The notes beneath the pieces are model-generated. The model was not told the DNA's origin and made no database searches. It saw nothing but the letters and a program-made list of their open reading frames with translations. Below, piece after piece: positions 47,151 to 60,810 of a stretch of 64,000 bases of DNA. The position numbers were made by a program, and so were the translations under genes. Each line of letters begins with the position of its first letter. Position 1 is the stretch's first letter. The DNA is from Octopus bimaculoides (Eukaryota): NCBI RefSeq assembly GCF_001194135.2, contig NC_068986.1, positions 31,191,456 through 31,255,455 of the forward strand, written 5' to 3'.

Positions 47151-50100
47151 GTAATTATTATACGTTTTTTTTTAAATCTCTGTTTTTGTGGTGGTACCAT
47201 AGTATGAATCTCTTCATACATTGAAAAAGGAAAAAAAAAAAGCACGTTCAATCACTCACGTACAAACATTTGTTTCTGGTCACTGTTTATATAAAGTGTG
47301 TGTGCGTATGTGTGTGTGTGTGTGTGTATTCATATACACACATATATCGACCGATTTCTTACATAGATGCAATCACAAAGTTTGTATCTATGAATGCGAG
47401 TAGTTGTGTGTGTGTGTGTGTGTGAGCGTGGATGGATGCGTTTATACCACAGTATTTGACTGCTACCTATTTTATTGTACGAACCCCAAAGGATGAAATG
47501 CAAAGTTGATCTAGATAGGTTTCGAAATCAGAAATAGCCTAATTATATTACAAACATATATCTCGCTTCTACCAAACTCTCTCAATCTCTTTGCTTGCTT
47601 GTTTGTTTCACAGTGTGTGTGTGTTTGTGTACATACATACATACATACATACATACATACATGCATACACACATGCATACATACATACATACAAACAATT
47701 GTGTATGAATGCATAATATAAATATGGGTTTCAAATTTTGGCACAAGGCCAGCAACACCTGCGTAGGGGGTTAGTCGATTATATCGACCCCAGTACTCAA
47801 CTGGTGTTTATATTATAGATTCCCGAAAGAATGAAAGGCAAAGTCGACCTCGGCGGAATTTGAACTCAGAACATAAAGACAGACGAAATACCGCTAAGTA
47901 TTTCGCCCAGTATGTTAACGTTTCTGCCAGCTCGCTGCCTTACATATTATAAATCGACCTCAGGACAAGTTCGTTGTATGCCTAGTACTTATTCTATCGG
48001 GTTTTTTTTCCGAACCGCTAAGTTACGGGGACGTAACACACACACACACGTCTTCAGTAAAGGGTGAGTGCTTGTGCCTGATGAGTTAAACGTTTCACAT
48101 ACATCTGCCTGAGAATCATGCTGAGGGTCTTCTTGTCTGTGAAATACTCAACCACTTACATGCTAATTCAATGAGTAAGTAGTTAGTTAAATCGATCGAA
48201 CAACTGAACACTCACCGTCGAAGTCAACGGAGATACATTTACATTGGCTCTCCATACATTGTATCCAGAATCAGGGTTTCTAAGCAACGGCAATGCAGAC
48301 CAACACAGCTTCGCATTCCTACACGTGTGTTCCTCTCCACCTTCGTTTTCTCATAACTTCCAGAAAAATTGATATTTTTAAATGAAATTTTCTGCAAACA
48401 TGCTTCAGATTGTGTAGATCCCAACTATATCGGAATTTGTTTGGAAATATTTTTTCTGTGGGTGGAAAGACGAGTTTCGGAAAGTTCACACGAATAGGCT
48501 TTGTTTCCTCTACCACCTTCAGAAAATAGGTATTTTTTTAATGAATTTTTTAAACAAATACTTTCCAGAGTGTATAAATTACGATTATAAGGGAATTTGA
48601 TGTAAAAAGAAAAATAGTGAGCACATAGACATATACATTGACACACATCACAATATTTTTTGAAAGTATGCGGTGAAGTCACTTGGCGCAGATTGACCTT
48701 GAACTCTGTTGCACATGCATACTAAGTTATAACATTCTTGCTCACTTCTGTTGTTTGTAGCAGTGCTTGGACATAAAATGTGTAAAGCATGGTCGTCTCA
48801 GAAAGAAGATTAGGTTTCAGCTGTATAAGATCTCATTGATTGTGTTGAGAAAGATGAAAACTTTTTGAAAACAGTCATATCAGGTGACGAATTGTAGATC
48901 TGGCTGTGACCCCAAAAACCAAGGCTCAGTCTCCACAGTAAAAGACCCCAACGGGATTTCAAGATGTCAAGGAAATCCAAGAGAATGCAATGAAGTAGTT
49001 GCTTGATATCCCAAAAAAGGAGTTCCAGAAATGCTTCCATCAATGAAACAATGCTGGATGAAGTGTGTGGCTTCAGAAGGGGACTATTTTGAAGGAGATT
49101 AGATGTTGAATTGATATGTGTTGTAATTTTCTTTTTATAGTACCTGTCTCAAAACTTTTTGATCAGACCTCGTATTCAGGATAAATTATTGTCTTATGTA
49201 TACAATACATTTTTATGGTAGTATGAGATTTGAGGGAGATTTGGTTATTTCTACCAAACTGAATGACGTCAAGGTAGGGAACTTGTAGCCTTAAGGACTT
49301 CCATGTGGCCCTCTGAAGAGCTAAGTGGAACCTTTTAAAATAAATTCAATGTTTGAGGGAAATCCTTATACTAGATTATATATCTTTTAGGTTTTTCTTT
49401 TTAAAAACCTATTTTACTAGTGCTTTATATGTAGGAGCAGCACCAGTGCTTTTTATGAGAAATAATTAAATATAGTGAGGCCAAATATTTCTAGCAATTA
49501 GGAATGTCAAAATCAGTTCCTAAGAATATATAAATCTGTCCCTCTAGGTTCTGTTCTGTTGTTTTGAGGTTTGATTGCAGTGTGTAGCATCACGGGCAAG
49601 AGTTTTCTGTCATAGCGTTGAGTTCACCTAAGGCTTGTAAGTGAAACTTTGTTAGACTGAAGCTGTAGAAACCTGTTTGAGAGACTGTTCCACTTCTTGA
49701 ATAATAGACCAGTTTAATGCTACCACCAGCCCTTAGCTGCTTTCTGTGGGATCCACCCTGTCAAAATCTCCATTTTGACTCTTTGACATTAAGACTACCC
49801 TGTCAAATGTAATGATTACTTACATTATTTTGAATTAATCATGCATTGTCTTGTAGCTTTGAGATTTTGATGATGTGATTGTTTATTTTTTGAATAACAT
49901 TGTTGGGTAGGTGTGAGATGCTGGATCTGGTTGATTTTTAACATAAGACTGCTAGACATTTGGGCCAGACATAGCTGGCTTTACTGCTAAACAGTTAATG
50001 ATAATGTCCTGCTTCTCTCTCCTTCCCCCAGTCTTGGAGGGTCTGTAAAGGTAATGAACATCACCCTTAATCATTAAAACAAAACGATATTCATGTCATG

Positions 50101-51052
50101 GTACCTGAGTGTATGAAATACATAAGGCAATATCAGTGTGGTTTTGAACTTAGTACAAAAGGGACTTAACTTAATATTTAGTTTGAATGGATGTTTTCTA
50201 CCATGTCTTCTGTAACCTTCCCACACTTTAATGTAAAGTTATCCCATATAATATATTAGCACCACAGGAAAAGTGACCACAGCTTTCCTCTATTTCTCCT
50301 GTCATCTTCTACAGTAACCAATTAGATGACAGAGTGTATGGCACCTGTGCCCAGCGTCGCCTTTCTGGTACTTGTGCCCATGGCATATGTAAGGACTTTC
50401 AAGTGAGATCGTTGCCAGTACCGCTGGACTGGCTCTTGTGCAGGTGGCACATAAAATACACCATTTTGAGTGTGGCTGTTGCCAGTTCCACCTGACTGGC
50501 CCTCGTGCCGGTGACACGTAAAAGCACCCACTACACTCTTGGAGTGGTTGGCGTTAGGAAGGGCAACCAGCTGTAGAAACTCTGCTAGATCAGATTGGAG
50601 CCTGGTGCAGCCATCTGGTTCGCCAGTCCTCAGTCAAATTGTCCAACCCATGCTAGCATGGAAAGCGGACGTTAAACGATGATGATGATGATGATGAAAT
50701 TTTTAATTGATAGATCAAATGATGGTTTTAATTATAGTAAAAAAAAAAAGTATTGTGCAGAACACGATAAATAGGTGATTGTACAAGACAAACAAGCCAA
50801 ATATTAATTAATATGGAATTCAATTGAAAGTTATGTTAACATACAAAATTAGTCTCGTATATTATTTATGTAAAACAATTTTCTATTTCCTTATATGTAA
50901 ATGGGTTGAAGGCCATACAAACATATTTTTGGGGTTCATTTGTATGTGTGTTAGAGTAAAATGTGTTTTTTGTTTACATAACTATAATACAAGCAAGTAT
51001 GTTTGTGTATATATATATAAGTGTTCATGTATATGTATTTGTTTATACATAA

Positions 51053-51144
<92 letters not shown>

Positions 51145-52329
51145 CATATATATATATACATACACACACATATATATACATACATACACATATATGTATG
51201 TGTATGTAGAGATGTGGTTATAAAACTTGCTTCCAATCACAAAATTATGGGTTTGATTCTATTGCATGGTATCTTGGGACAAATGTCTTTTTCTATAACA
51301 GTGCATTGATCCAAGCCTTGTGTGTGAAATTGGGTCAATGGAAACTGTGTGGAAGCTCATCAGATGAACTGTACATGTAATTCAAAAGTCCATATTTGTC
51401 CACACTGTTTCATGCTGATTCTGTCTCAGGATTATGCAAAGAGTATACATGTTTTATGGTATACTTAGCCACTTACATTTTAATTCAGTGAACAGTTGAT
51501 TGAGCAAGTGAAAACTCTCAGTTAGAAATTCTGACTGAAATAATTTCCCAACCACATGTGCTAGTAACATGTAAGAAGCACCTATTCTGGGGCCACATGA
51601 TAATGGCCCATGCTGGCACCACATAAAAAGCGCCTGTGCTTATGTTATGTAAAGGAGCACTTGTGACGGCACCATGTAAAAGAGGACCCATGCTGGCATC
51701 ACATAAAAAGTACTTGTGCTGGTGCCATGTAAAAGGCACCCAGTACATTATGCAAAGTTGTTGGTGTTAGGAAGGCCATCCAGTCATAGAAACCATGCTA
51801 AAATTGATGGCTAGAGCCTAGTGCAGTCCACCAGTTTGCCAGCTCTTGTCAAAGCATCCAACCCATGCCTACATAGAAAATGGATGTAAAATGAAGGTGA
51901 TGACGACGATGATGATATGTGTAGATATGAGTGATAAAAAGCCAAGCCAATCACTGCAGGACTTGAAATGAGAACATGGAAGTTTGGAACTAAATATTAA
52001 AGAGAATTTACTCCAGAACTTTTCTTCTGCCTCTCTACTGTCGGGTGGTAGATGGGAAATGTTGAGTTATCATTATAAACAACTGACATCTTAGTTGATA
52101 GCATTTATGTGAAACATGTTTAAATGGGACATACATTAATGTGTAATACACATTAATGTGAAGTGCACATTATCTTTGTTTATCAACCGTATGGTTTTCA
52201 GTCACCCTGTGTGGAACCTTGTACAAGTGTCTTTTATTATAGCCCCGAGCCAACAAAAACCTTTGCGGGGATATGGTAGATGGAAACTGAAAGAAACACA
52301 TCATATATGTGTATGTGTTTGTGTGTGCA

Positions 52330-52382
<53 letters not shown>

Positions 52383-54669
52383 CCTTGTCTTGACATCATG
52401 TAATAGTGGTAAACATGTCTGGCCATAGGGAATTATTACCTTGCTTGGAAACAAGTGAGGGACTGGCGACAGGAAGAGTATTCAACCATAGAAAATCTGT
52501 CACATTGAATTCCATCTGGCTTGGAAAAGGGGACGGAAAAGCATGGAAAAAGGGATGTTAAGACAACAATGATTATTATTTATGCGAAACACATTTACTT
52601 GAAGAATACGTTTGTATAAAACATACATTGAAATGTTATAATTTTGCTAACTGTAATGTTTCATACTTATATTTCAGTGGCTACTTTATGAGTTTTCCTT
52701 GGATTATGACAGCAAATGAAAGGAGCTGGGCATGTGTACATTTCCAGGATATGACATCAGCTAGTGTGGAAGTTAACCTGACGGCTTCAGCTATGACACT
52801 TTTCTCTAAAAAAGAAGTGTACCCCAATGGTAAGTAATATATTGAAATGAACTTGTTTCATCTCTTTTTCTGTCCCAGCCTCATTTCTGTTCTTGTGTGT
52901 TAGTATCTTTTATCATTTATCATGGACTTGTTTTCAGTCATTAGACTGTGGCCATGCAGGGGCACCACCTGGAAGAATTCTTAGCCAAATAAATCAAGCT
53001 CAGTACTTATTTTTTGCTAAGACTGGTACTTATTTTATTGGTCACTTTTGCTGAACCGTTAAGTTACGGGTGTGTAAGCACACCAACACTGGTTGTCAAG
53101 TGGTGTGGACACACACACACACACAGATGCACAGACAAACATACACACACAGATGCGTGCGCATGCACACACACACACACACAGATGCACAGACAAACAC
53201 ACAGACAAACACACACACACACACAGATGCATGCACGCACACACACTTACACACACACATACACAGATGTACAGACAAACATACACACAGATGCGTGTGC
53301 ATGCACACACACACACTTACACATACACAGATGCACAAACAAACACATACACAGATATGTGCATGCACACGCACTTACACACACACAGATGCACAGACAA
53401 ACACACACACACACAGATGTGTGCGCATGCACACACATGCACACGCACACACACAGATGCATGCACGCACACACACTTACACACATACACAGATGAAAGG
53501 TAGACTGTATGATGCATGTGTGCAAACTGCCATGCTACATGGCAGTGAAACATGGGCCATGACTGCTGAGGACATGCGTAGGTTTGAAAGAAACGAAGCC
53601 AGTATGCTCTGCTGGATGTGTAATGTCAGTGTGCATACACGACAGAATGTAAGTGCCCTAAGAGAAAAGTTGGGTATAAGAAGCATCAAATGTGGTGTGC
53701 AAGAGAGAGAACTGTGCTGGTATGGTCATGTGTTACGTATGGATGAGGATAGCTGTGTGAGGAAGTGCCACTCCTTAACTGTGGAAGGAACCTGTGGAAG
53801 AGGTAGATCAAGGAAGACATGGGATGAGGTGGTGAAGCATGACCTTCGAACATTAGGCCTCACAGAGGCCAATGACAGGAAATCGAGACCTTTGGAGATA
53901 TACTGTGATTGCGAGGACCTGGCAACTAAAGTGAGATCGCAACCATGCATGTCCAGCCCAGTTAAGAATACCCCTGATGTGTGGGGTGATATGATATGCT
54001 TGAGAAGACCTGTTGAGTCAAGTAAAACCAATATCGTAGCTGTGGCTAGTGCCCTCTGACTGGCTCCCATGCCGGTGGCACATAAAAAGCACTATCTAAA
54101 CATAATTGATGCCAGGCCCACCTGACTGGCTCCTGTGCTAGTGGCACATAAAAAGCACCCACTGCACTCTTGAAGTGGTTGGCGTTAGGAAGGATATCCA
54201 GCGGTAGAAACATTGTCAGATCAGATTGGAGCCTGGTGCAGCCACTGGCCTGCAATCAAACTGTCCAACCCATGCTAGCATGGAAAACAGACATTAAACA
54301 ACAATGATGATGATGATGATGATGACAAATTATTTTACTATATTCTTCATTACTTTCAAAATTAATTGAAATAAAAAGAGGATATTTAAAAAAAAATACA
54401 GTCACAAAAGGGTTAAGACAAGAAAATCTAGACCATGGCATCAGAACCACTTTTATTATTAGGGAGCTGGTAGAATCGTTAGCATGCTGGGCAAAGTACT
54501 TCATAACAGTTTGTTTGATTTTACGTTCTGAGTTCAAATTCTGCTGGGGTCAACTTTGCCTTTCATCATTTTGGGTTTGATAAAATAAGTACCAGTTGAG
54601 CACTGGGCTCGATGTAATTGACTTGATCCTCCCCACAAAGTTTCAGGCTTTGCTCCTATAATAGAAAGG

Positions 54670-54701
<32 letters not shown>

Positions 54702-57700
54702 GGCGACAAGCTGGCAAAACTGTTATCACATCAGGAAAATGTGACTGACTAGCTCCCACCCTATAGTAAAAAGGATTGGTGGTGGTGTTGTTGTTGTCGT
54801 TGTCGTCATCATCATCATCATCATCATCACAAAGGCAGTGAACTGGTAGAACTGTTAGCACACCAGGCGAAATGCTTAGTGGCATTTCATCTGTCTTTAT
54901 GTTCTGAGTTCAAATTCTGCTGAGGTCGACTTTGCCTTTCATCCTTTTGGGATCAATAAATTAAGTACCAGGTGTGTACTGGGGGGTCGATGTAATTGAC
55001 TTATCTCCTCCACAAAATTTCAGGCTTTGTGGTTTTATTATAAAGGATTCTTCTTCTTCTTCTTCTTCCTCCTCCTCCTCCTCCGCCTCATTATTATTAT
55101 TATTATTTTCTATTGATTATATTTTCTATTTCAGCGATTGGAAACTGCATTCCTATTGATGTTCCTTTTACCAAGGAAAAAAAAGCTGTCCTTAGTATCT
55201 ATGGAGAAGGATTCACTGACTTCTCTGAGAATTCAACAGTCATATTTGAGGACAGTCATAAAATAAGAATATCTTTTGAAAAGCTGATTATTCTTGTTCA
55301 ACCTGACAAACCAATTTACAAACCTGGTCAAACAGGTAAATATTATAGTTTGATAAGTAAAAGATTTTTGTCATCTCAGCAGACAGCCTTGTTAGATAAA
55401 GTAACCCTCCATGAGCCTCTATGTAGTGCTTGACCTGCTAGAAATAGTAGGCAAATATCCCTCAAACTACACCCTACTGTCTTAACCCTTTCGTTACCAA
55501 CCCAGCTGAAACCAGCTCTGGATCCAAATACAACTATCTTGTTTCCATAAGTTTTGAATTAAAATCTTCCACCAAACCTTAGTCACAATTCATGTTCCTA
55601 ACACTCTAGCTTAATGATAACCAAGTTATTTTACTAAATTCTTTGTTATATTTAAAATTAATTGAAAGAAACACAGAGCATCTCAAAATAAATACAGCAA
55701 CGAAAGGGTTAAAACAGAAACACATCAGATATATCAAATAAACAATTTGGGATGCTAATAAACACTTCTGTTATTCACTTCTGTTTTATTATCAATCAAC
55801 TAATTTGTTAATTAACTATCTAATTAATTAACAAATTAGTCAATTGATAAGACTGAGGTGAACTACAACCATGTGTATTTATTGGCAAAATGGCCTACCC
55901 AAAGGACAACAGTATCTTTGAGATTCATAATAGACTAGTAAGTCAGTAATTTTATTTATGCTTCATTGTTTCCAGTTCAAGTTAGCCATGTAAAATATGA
56001 CATTTAGTTTTATATTTTCTTTATGAACAACCAGATATTTTTACCTTACAGAAGTTGAATACAACAGTTCATGAAGAAATTTGACTGAAGTTACAATTGG
56101 CATTGAAAGGATTAAAGTTGATTATTTTAAAGAATTATTGTTATTCATTTTAATCTTGAATTTCCTTTTCTATTCTCACAGTGAAATTCCGTGCTCTTGT
56201 ATTTGATCGCAACTATAAACCCTGGACTGGAGATGTAAGTATTTAGATTAAAATCATGCTGATTTATTTTTTTCTTCAATTTAGTTCTACTTTTTATATG
56301 TCAATTTATCAATAAAAGCAACGACACAATAAAAGCAATGAATATAAGTTGTATAAAAAAAAACATACGATTTTATTCTTTGTACTCTTGTGTGATAAAT
56401 AGTTTAACTTAGAACAATAAATTTGGGAATCACATTTAGTTGTTCTTTAGACTACATGCATGAAGACTGTTCCTGATGGCTAAGTGAACCAAGTAAACTG
56501 AGATACATACAAATACTGTGGGTATTTAGTTATTGTAGTTATATGTAGCATTTGGTAATAAGCTACATATAACTTCAAGTTTTACATAGCTGCAGCAATT
56601 TGGTAACCACAATATCTTTTCCCTAAACACACTAAAATCTTGGCATTAGATCTGGATTCACAATTATTCATAGGTTAGTAGTCATCGAACATATATTAGT
56701 GCATTTATGTATGTGCATTTAAGAAGTACACTTCATAATCACACAGTTCCAAGATCTATTGTATGACACCTTGTGCATGTATCTTCTACCATAGCTTTGC
56801 ATTGACTTGAATATAACATAATACACACACACACGCGCACGCGCGCATGCATAGATACATATATACATACATTATTTGGTTTACATGGTTTCTCTTTAGA
56901 ACAATTTTGATTTTGGTTGAATTTTTTTCTTTTTTTTGCCTTATGTATATTATTTAGGTGTGCCACTTGGTACATATTGCAATGGGGGTCTTTTGTGGTA
57001 CATATTACAATGGAGGTTATTTTTAGTGGCACATTATAAAGGCACATATTCTAAAAAACTCCTTTTGTAGTGAATATTTTAAGGAGTTGCATAGTGGCAC
57101 ATGTTTTTATATGAATTAATAGTTAGGGAATGAAAATATCAAATATTAGAGAATTAAATAATATATAAAACAGAAGTTTTAATGTTTTTTTTACTAATTA
57201 TTTATCTAAATTTTAAATTTTGCCATTAACCTAAATTCTCGATGTAATGCCATATCTACATATGCATATGATATACAGAAGCTCATATACTATTTCTATT
57301 TGTCTAGATTGAAAAAGTATTTATCACAGACCCTAAAGGTACACGAATTGTTCAGTGGTTGGACCAGTATGTCGATGGTAAGCAGAATATCTTTTGCAAG
57401 CATTAAGTTAATTTTTTTTCTGTATAGATACAGTGGCAGGCCCCACACTAAATCGTTGAATGTGATTAAGGAAGATCTTCCAGAGACTTGACATTGTCTT
57501 GGAGGATGCAGAGGGGCTTGCACAGTACTGTCAGACATGGAAGACCCTGGTGAACTTGGCTGGTTCTATACATGATGACGTCTCTGAGACCATTAACCAG
57601 GGATGACCCCAGCCTCATCAAGCAAGAGTGGGAGTGAGTGAGTGAGTAAGTGGATAGATACAGGGCCTCTTCAAGGAAAAAGGCTTCTCAGAGAAATTTT

Positions 57701-60700
57701 GAGAAGTTGAATATAGGTGCAGACATAGCAGTATGGTAAGAAGCTTGCTTTCCGACTACATGGTTCCAGGTTCAGTCCTTTGTGTGGCACCTTTGGTAGG
57801 TGTCTTTCACTATAGCTTTGGGCAACTAAAGCCTTGTGAGTGGATTTGGTGCTCAGAAACTGAAAGAAGTCTGTCAGTGGCTGTGTAGGCATAGGAGTGG
57901 CTGTGCAGGCACAGGAGTAGGTGTGCAGGCACAGGAGTGGCTGTGTGGTAAGTGGCTTGCTTACCAACCACATGGTTCCGGGTTCAGTCCCACTGCATGG
58001 CACCTTGGGCAAGTGTCTTCCACTATAGCCTTGGGCCAACCAAAGCCTTGTGAGTGGATTTGGTAGACAAAAACTGAAAGAAACCCATTGTATATATGCG
58101 TGTATGTGTGTGTGTATGTTTATGTGTCTGTGTTTGTCCCCCCCACCATCGTTTGACAACTGATGCTGGTGTTTACGTCCCTGTAACTTAGCAGTTCGGC
58201 AAAAGAGACTGATAGAATAAGTACTAGGCTTCTAAAGAATAAGTCCTGGGGTCGATTTGTTCAACTAAAGGCAGTGCTCCAGCGTGGTCAAAGTCAAATG
58301 ACTGAAACAAATAAAAGAATATATATATATACATATATACACGCACATCTATGTGTGTATGCGTTTGTGTCTGTGCTTGTCCCTCGCCTGACAACCGGTA
58401 TTGGTGTGCTTACATCCCTGTAACTTAGTGTTTCAGCAATAGTGACTGATAGAATAAGTACCAGGCTTTGAGAAATAAGTACTGGGTTCAATATATTCAA
58501 CTCAAAATTCTTCAAGACAGAGAATGGTGAGAGGAGATAAGAGAGCTTGTTCAGGAAGAAGGAGGGTGTTGATATTGAGGGTATTAAGGGAGGTAGTGGT
58601 AGAGGTGGAGAGTTGGGAGGTGAATGATAGGGGTCGGATAGATAGTAATTGAAGGGTAGTCAGTTGTGTTGGATTTGTGTATAGGCGTAAAATTTTAGGG
58701 ATAATAGCTATAGAATTACTGGAAGTTGAGATGGTAAGAAAAGGAATGGCAATTATTTGAGGGAGAGAAAGTGTCTAATTCAGTGGCAGAGGGAGATTAC
58801 TAAGGTAAATAGAAAGGTATGAGAGAAGATAGAGGGAGGTGGACAGAGTGGAGGAGGTGAGTTAGTGGTGGAGATAGCAATGGTTAGTACATTAATAATG
58901 TGTGTGTTGGCACTCCGTCGCTTACGACGTCGAGGGTTCCAGTTGATCCGATCAACGGAACAGCATGCTCGTGAAATTAACGTGCAAGTGGCTGAGCACT
59001 CCACAGACACGTGTACCCTTAAGGTAGTTCTCGGGGATATTCAGCGTGACACAGTGTGACAAGGCTGACCCTTTGAATTACAGGTACAACAGAAACAGGA
59101 AGAAAGAGTGAGAGAAAGTTGTGGTGAAAGAGTACAGCAGGGTTCACCACCATCCCCTGCCGGAGCCTNNNNNNNNNNCCCTTAAGGTAGTTCTCGGGGA
59201 TATTCAGCGTGACACAGTGTGACAAGGCTGACCCTTTGAATTACAGGTACAACAGAAACAGGAAGAAAGAGTGAGAGAAAGTTGTGGTGAAAGAGTACAG
59301 CAGGGTTCACCACCATCCCCTGCCGGAGCCTTGTGGAGCTTTAGGTGTTTTCGCTCAATAAACACTCACAACGCCCGGTCTGGGAATCGAAACCGCGATC
59401 CTATGACCGCGAGTCCACTGCCCTAACCACTGGGCCATTGCACCTCCACATTAATAATAACCATTGCTGTTGTACTAACCACTGTAATTGTGAGAGAAAA
59501 GAAAGAGAGAGAGAGAGAGAGTGGTGTGAAAATATACCTTGTTAATATTTAATTTTCTATTCATTCTCACAGGTTTACTTTCTTTGGAGATGCAGCTTTC
59601 AGATGACCCTATTCTTGGAGAGTGGTTTATAAACATTGAAGCAAATGGACAGAAAAGGACGAAAAAATTCAAAGTAGAAGAATATGGTAACATCTCTTTT
59701 CTCTAAATTTCATCAGCATTTTATTAACTTTTGGTAACTACTTACATACCTTCTTGAATAGTTTTTGTCTCATGTTATAAACCTAAAAAAAAAAAATATT
59801 AACAAGTGGTTTTCTGAACTAAATTCTTCAAAATCATGCTTTTCTTTTGGGTAATTAATTAATATGGTTGATAATGTGATATAATATTGAAATATAAATA
59901 ATAATAATAATAATAATAATTGGAAGTGTGATATTTAATTACTATGTCAGTATTTTTTTATCAATTACTTTTTTAACAAACCCGCATAGGTCCTTTAATC
60001 TTTCAAGCTGCAAGGCTACCTCATTAGTGTTGGTGCTATGAAAATAGCACCTAGCATGCTCTGTAAAGTGGTTGGCATTAGGAAGGGTATCTGGCTATAG
60101 AAACTGAGCCAAAATAGACATTGGAGCACAATATGGTCCTTTAGTTTGTTGGATCCTATCAAACTGTCCAACCCATGTCAAGGTGAAGAGGCACACATTC
60201 GATGCTGATGATAATGGCGAGTTTATTAATGAACTAATATCGTTAAAAAAACTATAAGTATCAATAAAAGCCTCTAAAGAGAAATCTGAAAAATAAATAT
60301 TTGTACATTTGCTGTTTTTGATTCAGATTTTTATGTGTCTTATAATCAGGACTATCATAAACTTCAGCAAGCTGAAATGCAAAATTGACTGTGCTGTGAT
60401 TTAAATATTTGTTTGAATTTGTGGTATTTAATTGCATTCCTTTATGTTTCTGAGTTAGAATTAAGCTAAAGTTCAGCCAAAGTCATTAACATAATGTACT
60501 TGTGAAGTACTGGAGTAAATGTTGTTGACTGAATTTTGTCTCTTCATGGAAGAGACTATAGCTGAAACAAATCTTCTTAGTACTACTAGTGTTTTAACCC
60601 ATTACCTCCCATAATTCTATTAACTGGAATTTTTTTTTAATGAAACTTTAATTTCTAGCATAAAACAGCCTTAGAAACACGCTGGAATGATCAAAATAAC

Positions 60701-60756
60701 ATTTAAAAATAACATTTCAAAATAATATTTTAAATAGAAATAAGCGAGATATTGGG

Positions 60757-60810
<54 letters not shown>

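Noticed and set aside
50824-51309. YI/HT/CV/LS-repeat ORFs here and at 7090, 17097, 19666, 23711, 24581, 52158, 60730, 61524
   Set aside because: Translations of microsatellites.
53070-54059. 329-aa ORF, the longest N-free ORF in the window
   Set aside because: Chimera of a stop-free (CA)n microsatellite frame and a truncated RTE ORF2 C-terminus; not a host gene.
59016-59331. Exact 153-bp direct repeat either side of a 10-N gap
   Set aside because: Identical copies abutting a placeholder gap are the signature of an unmerged contig overlap, so this is most likely an assembly artefact.
59350-59450. tRNA-like A/B boxes, here and in other SINE heads
   Set aside because: No acceptor stem or complete cloverleaf, and they run into SINE bodies; not tRNA genes.
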